From Candidatus Ratteibacteria bacterium (GTDB taxonomy: Bacteria; Ratteibacteria; UBA8468; B48-G9; DTJG01): a stretch of 31,083 bases of DNA. This document shows positions 26,678 to 31,083 of the stretch, piece after piece (position 1 is the first letter of the stretch; each line of letters starts with the position of its first letter). Location of the stretch: the NCBI GenBank assembly GCA_049971295.1, contig JBMFLH010000013.1:1-31083 (forward strand), written 5' to 3'. A model generated the notes under the pieces. The model did not search any database. It saw only the letters and a program-made list of their open reading frames with translations, and had not been told where the DNA came from. The translations under genes were made by a program, and so were the position numbers.

Positions 26678-27000
26678 TTAAATGAGGAATGTCTTTTTGA
26701 TTTTTTCAAATCCAGTAGCATTGATAAGATTTTTTTCTTCACAAGGATCTGTTTTCAAACCATAAAGATCATCCGGTCCATATGGATATCGCACCATATA
26801 CTTCCACCTATTTGTTCTAATCATTCTCACAGGATCATATTCATCAAAAATCACGACAAACTCTCTCTGGTACATTTCTTTTCCGTTCAACACACCAGCA
26901 AAACTTCTTCCGCAAAGGTATTGATGTCCATAATTTTTAAGCCAAGATAGTCCAGAATTGTTGGCATAAAGTCATACTGAGATACCAGCATACTGTTAAT
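26678..27000 (-). pseudogene. Sulfatase C-terminal fragment with frameshift
   Basis: LVSQYDFMPTILDYLGL, frameshift near 26935, then LCGRSFAGVLNG...FDEYDPVRMIRT-RWKY...LYGLKTDP-E-KNL. The catalytic N-terminus is absent. Confidence 0.8.
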
Positions 27001-27013
27001 TTTGTTGAGATTG

Positions 27014-27042
27014 TTGAAAATAGATACTATGACCGGTATAAT
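27014..27042 (+). promoter_or_regulatory. Putative sigma70 promoter of the ARH/URO-D-like operon
   Basis: TTGAAA-N17-TATAAT. Confidence 0.7.
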
Positions 27043-27073
27043 TTAAGGAGCATTGTTATGCCAGGGGGAAAAA

Positions 27074-29110
27074 ATGAATAAAATAATCGAAGACAGAATA
27101 AAAGGATGTATCGTCGGTTCATACATTGGAGCAGAACTTGGGTTTTTAAGAATTGCAAGGCCAGACCTTGTGAAAATTGATAAACTCCAGCATATGTTTT
27201 CCAAAAAATTAGAACCTGCCTTTGAATATCAAATGCAGGAAAAAAGACAGATCTACTGGAAAATGACTCCATTTATTGATATTGGATTTAAAGCATATCT
27301 GAAATATCAACACAGGGTCATTCCTGAAGAGTTTGCACTTATGGTGAAAGATGATGAAGGCCTTGCGTCTCCTGTGTTTAACTGGGACGATATTCATACA
27401 ATACAGGAGGTATTGAAGGAAGGGATGCATCCGCGTATTTCAGGGCTCGGGGTCGTTCCATCAGCAAATATATGCGCGGCAATGCCTGCAGTCGCCATTT
27501 ATCATGCTGCTGACCCTGAATATGCCTATCTTGATGGAGTTGAACTTGCCTCTGTGGTTCAGTGCAGAACCGGTTCTGACTGGGCAGGATTGTGCGCAGC
27601 AACAATCGCTGCATGCCTGGATACGGATTTATCTGTGGATGAGATCATAGAAGTAGTGTTGAAGATCGCCCACAGAAATGCAAGGAATGTTTTTTATCAG
27701 ATGAACAGAAAAATTCGCTCAGCAATGAGCATGGCTATGGGAAATGAGGAAGAATTTTTGAATTGGTGGTATTACAATGGTGGAAATAACCCTGACAGGG
27801 TGACATTTAATGTGGTTGAATTTGTTCTGCCACTTGTAAAAAAATATGCAGACCAGCCAGAAAAATTCATTGCTCTTCAGGTATTTCCCAATGCAGGGAG
27901 TCCTGTAACATCTGTCATCGCAGGTGCAATTTCAGGAGCTCTTCACGGATATCAGGTATTTCCTGAAAGATGGCTTGAGTGGGCAATGCCACATGCCTCA
28001 AAGTGGTTTGGTCTTCTGGATGTTGTTGAAGAAAGATTAAAAAAGGAAAAAACAATCATCAAAATCATTGAAAAATTAAAAGAGCAGAAAGCTGATGATA
28101 ACAATACGAAACTTTTTGACAAAATTTATGGTTGTATTCTCGCAGGTGCAATAGGAAATGCAATGGGATCACCGGTTGAATGCTGGTTTGACTGGGAAAT
28201 AGACCAGAAATATCCAGGTGGAATCAAAACTATTCTTGACCCAAGACGACTTGAATCAGAAGACGATAATCAAATGGCGATGTTACTGGTGGAAACCTAT
28301 ATTGAAAGAAATGGAGCGCCAGTAATGGCAAGGCATTTTGGAGAAACATGGAAAAACAAACTGAATCGTGACCATTTTTATCCATTGTGTATGGGAAATG
28401 CATACAACTTAATCATGTCAGGATGGGACCCAAGAATTACAGGCCACTGGAATGTTGTGACTGGTTCCACTGTGATGTGTATGGAACCTGTTGGCATGTA
28501 CCACATAGGAGATAGTGAATACGCAAAAATTGATGCCCGTGCAATTTCATATATGTACCAGAGAGGACTTGATGTGGTTGCTGCAGAAATTCTTGTTGCT
28601 GCGGTTTCAGAAGCTCTGACACTAGATGCAACTGTTGACAGCGTCTGCAATATCGCATTGAAGGCAGCACCAGATGAAGAATTGAAAACCTTTGACAGAA
28701 GAGACGTAAAAAGTTGCAGGGAATATCTTGAAAAATGTCTCGATATTGCGTCAAGGTATACTGATGTGTTATCTGTAAGAAAAGAAATCAGAGAAAAATG
28801 CCTGTTCTATCATCCTATTGACCCACTTGAACTTCTTGGAATTGCGCTTGGTATGTTCTATATTGCAAAAGGAGACGTCAGACAGGCAGCGATAGGTGGA
28901 ACAAACATTGGCAGGGATTCAGATACCATTGCGGGAAGAGCAGCAATGTTGTCTGGGGCATTAAGTGGAGCAGGTTCAATTCCACAGGAATGGATAAACC
29001 TTTTCAAACCAGAAGTGCTTGAAAAAATCAGGAAAAACTCTGAATTGTTTGTTGAAAATGCCGTCAATGGTAGATTTAAAAGATTGAACAATCGCATGAA
29101 ACTTCTTTAA
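27074..29110 (+). CDS. ADP-ribosylglycohydrolase family protein with two tandem domains
   Basis: Two repeats starting DRIKGCIVGSYIGAELG and DKIYGCILAGAIGNAMG. The second retains SEDDNQM and GRDSDTIA. Confidence 0.88.
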   Translation: MNKIIEDRIKGCIVGSYIGAELGFLRIARPDLVKIDKLQHMFSKKLEPAFEYQMQEKRQIYWKMTPFIDIGFKAYLKYQHRVIPEEFALMVKDDEGLASPVFNWDDIHTIQEVLKEGMHPRISGLGVVPSANICAAMPAVAIYHAADPEYAYLDGVELASVVQCRTGSDWAGLCAATIAACLDTDLSVDEIIEVVLKIAHRNARNVFYQMNRKIRSAMSMAMGNEEEFLNWWYYNGGNNPDRVTFNVVEFVLPLVKKYADQPEKFIALQVFPNAGSPVTSVIAGAISGALHGYQVFPERWLEWAMPHASKWFGLLDVVEERLKKEKTIIKIIEKLKEQKADDNNTKLFDKIYGCILAGAIGNAMGSPVECWFDWEIDQKYPGGIKTILDPRRLESEDDNQMAMLLVETYIERNGAPVMARHFGETWKNKLNRDHFYPLCMGNAYNLIMSGWDPRITGHWNVVTGSTVMCMEPVGMYHIGDSEYAKIDARAISYMYQRGLDVVAAEILVAAVSEALTLDATVDSVCNIALKAAPDEELKTFDRRDVKSCREYLEKCLDIASRYTDVLSVRKEIREKCLFYHPIDPLELLGIALGMFYIAKGDVRQAAIGGTNIGRDSDTIAGRAAMLSGALSGAGSIPQEWINLFKPEVLEKIRKNSELFVENAVNGRFKRLNNRMKLL

Positions 29111-29122
29111 GAAAGGAGAACA

Positions 29123-30235
29123 ATGACAGACAGAGAACGATTCTGCGCAGTAATGGAATTCAAAAAGGTTGACAGGGTTCCAAATTATGAACTCGGACTC
29201 TGGGGGCAAACCATACAGCAGTGGCAACAGCAGGGACTGCCTCAGGATTCTCTGTATTTTAATTGGTTTGAAGGTGAACCATATTTTAAGATTGACAGAC
29301 GCGCTTTTGCACCCATCAGTATTGGAATGATTCCATCGTTTGAATATCAGGTACTTGAAGAGGATGAAAGAACAATCACTGCCAGGCATGAAAATGGTAT
29401 CGTGACAAAGGCATTGAAAATTGGGACTGTCCGTGGCACAAGGTTGTGCATGGACCAGTATATTTCGTTTCCGGTTACGGATAGAAAAAGTTTTCAGGAC
29501 ATCAAAAAAAGATACAATCCCAATTCTCCAATCAGGTATCCTTTATGGTGGGATGAAATGGTAAGAATGTGGAAGACAAGAACATATCCTCTGTGTTTAT
29601 TAACAAATGGCTCTTTTGGACTTTATTCTCAACTTCGGCGCTGGGTTGGAACTGAAAATATTTCATATCTGTTTTATGATGATGCTGCATTTGTTGAGGA
29701 ACTGATTGAGTTTAACACAGAATTTCTTCTTACTCTTGTTGAAAAAGCCCTCAATGAAATTGATTTTGATTATTTCAACTTTTTTGAGGACTTTGCGGGG
29801 AAGGGAGGGCCTTTAATTTCACCAGAGATATTCAAGAAATTTTTTGCTCCCTATTACAGAAAAATTACAGATAAGTTCCGAAAAGCAGGAATCAAGTACT
29901 TCTGGCTTGATAGCGATGGCAATTGCGAGGTACTGATACCACTGTTGATAGAAAGCGGCATCACCTGTCTGTGGCCACTGGAACAGGCATCAGATATGGA
30001 CCCTGTGAGATTGCGAAAAAAATTCGGGAAGGAAATTGCTTTCGCTGGCGGCATAGACAAACGAGTTCTTCAGAAGGGGAAAAAAGAAATTGAGCAAGAA
30101 CTGTATTCAAAAATTCCTTTACTTGTTGAATCTGGTGGCTACATACCCACGATTGACCATACTATTCAACCTGATACACCGCTTGAAAACTTTCATTACT
30201 ATTTAGAATTAAAAATGAAACTTCTTGAAGCTTAG
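29123..30235 (+). CDS. Uroporphyrinogen decarboxylase (URO-D/MtaA)-fold protein, DSDG subtype
   Basis: MTDRERF, DRVP, FPVT, LFYDD, FFEDFAGKGGPLISP, LDSDG, PLEQASDMD, GGIDK, GGYIPTIDH. AAGGAG RBS. Confidence 0.9.
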   Translation: MTDRERFCAVMEFKKVDRVPNYELGLWGQTIQQWQQQGLPQDSLYFNWFEGEPYFKIDRRAFAPISIGMIPSFEYQVLEEDERTITARHENGIVTKALKIGTVRGTRLCMDQYISFPVTDRKSFQDIKKRYNPNSPIRYPLWWDEMVRMWKTRTYPLCLLTNGSFGLYSQLRRWVGTENISYLFYDDAAFVEELIEFNTEFLLTLVEKALNEIDFDYFNFFEDFAGKGGPLISPEIFKKFFAPYYRKITDKFRKAGIKYFWLDSDGNCEVLIPLLIESGITCLWPLEQASDMDPVRLRKKFGKEIAFAGGIDKRVLQKGKKEIEQELYSKIPLLVESGGYIPTIDHTIQPDTPLENFHYYLELKMKLLEA

Positions 30236-30239
30236 GAAA

Positions 30240-31022
30240 TTATCTATTTCTGCTGCCTGGTCTGTTGCGCCAGAGCGAATCATTGCTTTGACCCTGGGTT
30301 GTGTTGCTGTCAGCACTACCAGGCCTTCTCCATCCTGGCTGATCTGATACCGATTGTGTGGAAGGTTGAAAGACAGGAACACTACCATCCCTCTGGAAAG
30401 CACCTGCAAAACTTTGCATGATCGTCTGGGATTCTGCTCTCTGGCTTTGATACTCCTGATTATCCTGAAGTGCTGTCTGAAGCAAACTATACCTTTGTTG
30501 CTGAAGTTGTCTGATTTCCTGGTCAATCTGCCTGATCTGTTCATCCTGAAATGCAACCCTTCTTTCAATTGCTGCCATCTGCATGGCATCCGAACTCTGG
30601 ACATCTCCAGAAGTAATTTTTTGTTTCAACTGCTGATATTCAATGTTGTCAGCAAGCAATTCATCCAGACGGGCCTTTCTATTTTGCTGAAGCTGGTTGA
30701 TTTTATCCATAATCGCCTTCAATTCAGGATTGTTTTGTGAAGTGGCATCTTCTATTTTTCTCATTGCTGTTCTGATTTCCTGAAGTCTTCTGATTGCCTG
30801 TTCTCTTTCTTCTCTTGAAAGACCCTGGGGCTGTGGGGCTTGTTGAACCTGGACCTTGATATTTGTTTCACCGATAACACCTGATGAAAGATGAATGATT
30901 TCAAAATCGTCAAGGTTGAACTGAAGTTGGGTTTCACCCTGAATTGATTGGCTGATTTTTTCCTGAGCAAAAACAATGGTTGAAATACTCAAAATCAGTG
31001 CAATCGCAAATATTTTTTTCAT
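30240..31022 (-). CDS. Secreted Gln-rich coiled-coil hypothetical protein
   Basis: Signal peptide MKKIFAIALILSISTIVFA-Q, helical internal duplication, low-complexity tail. AGGGGG SD. Confidence 0.8.
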   Translation of the reverse strand: MKKIFAIALILSISTIVFAQEKISQSIQGETQLQFNLDDFEIIHLSSGVIGETNIKVQVQQAPQPQGLSREEREQAIRRLQEIRTAMRKIEDATSQNNPELKAIMDKINQLQQNRKARLDELLADNIEYQQLKQKITSGDVQSSDAMQMAAIERRVAFQDEQIRQIDQEIRQLQQQRYSLLQTALQDNQEYQSQRAESQTIMQSFAGAFQRDGSVPVFQPSTQSVSDQPGWRRPGSADSNTTQGQSNDSLWRNRPGSRNR

Positions 31023-31038
31023 TTTTCCCCCTGGTATA

Positions 31039-31056
31039 ATGCTCATAATTGAGCAT
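31039..31056. promoter_or_regulatory. Operator-like inverted repeat ATGCTCA-N4-TGAGCAT
   Basis: Perfect 7-4-7 palindrome 16 nt upstream of ATG 31022. Confidence 0.5.
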
Positions 31057-31083
31057 ATAATTTAGTTAAGAAGTTGTTTTAGA

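Noticed and set aside
1..31083. CRISPR arrays, tRNA/rRNA, IS elements, and the many antisense or nested ORFs in the track
   Set aside because: I saw no spaced repeats, RNA-gene signatures or transposase motifs by eye. The nested ORFs shadow well-supported genes and lack RBSs or motifs.

Overview
AT-rich (roughly 37-39% GC by eye), gene-dense bacterial chromosomal window from a diderm, probably anaerobic organism. The BamD N-terminus, the bamD-lptE-holA/rpsT arrangement and the URO-D-like, ADP-ribosylglycohydrolase and Gfo/Idh paralogues suggest an Omnitrophota/Ratteibacteria-like lineage; this is inference. About 30 CDS are present. Housekeeping genes: miaA, archaeal-type thyA, polX, rpsT, a short holA, lptE, bamD, an ADP-forming acetate-CoA ligase, cutA and an ECF sigma/anti-sigma pair. 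Sugar-modifying or catabolic genes: SDR plus class III aminotransferase plus amidohydrolase, a kdnB/kdnA-like pair, a TIM-barrel isomerase, two 'DSDG'-type URO-D-like proteins, a tandem ADP-ribosylglycohydrolase and a beta-helix protein. I saw no rRNA, tRNA, CRISPR array or intact mobile element. Reading beyond the ORF track showed two unannotated small ORFs with strong RBSs (a 44-aa PRPP-containing leader-like ORF and a 39-aa membrane protein), mini-uORFs overlapping start codons, several apparently leaderless promoters, a 5' leader shared by two unrelated genes, an operator-like palindrome, and several decaying genes. All family assignments come from motifs recognised by eye, not from database searches.
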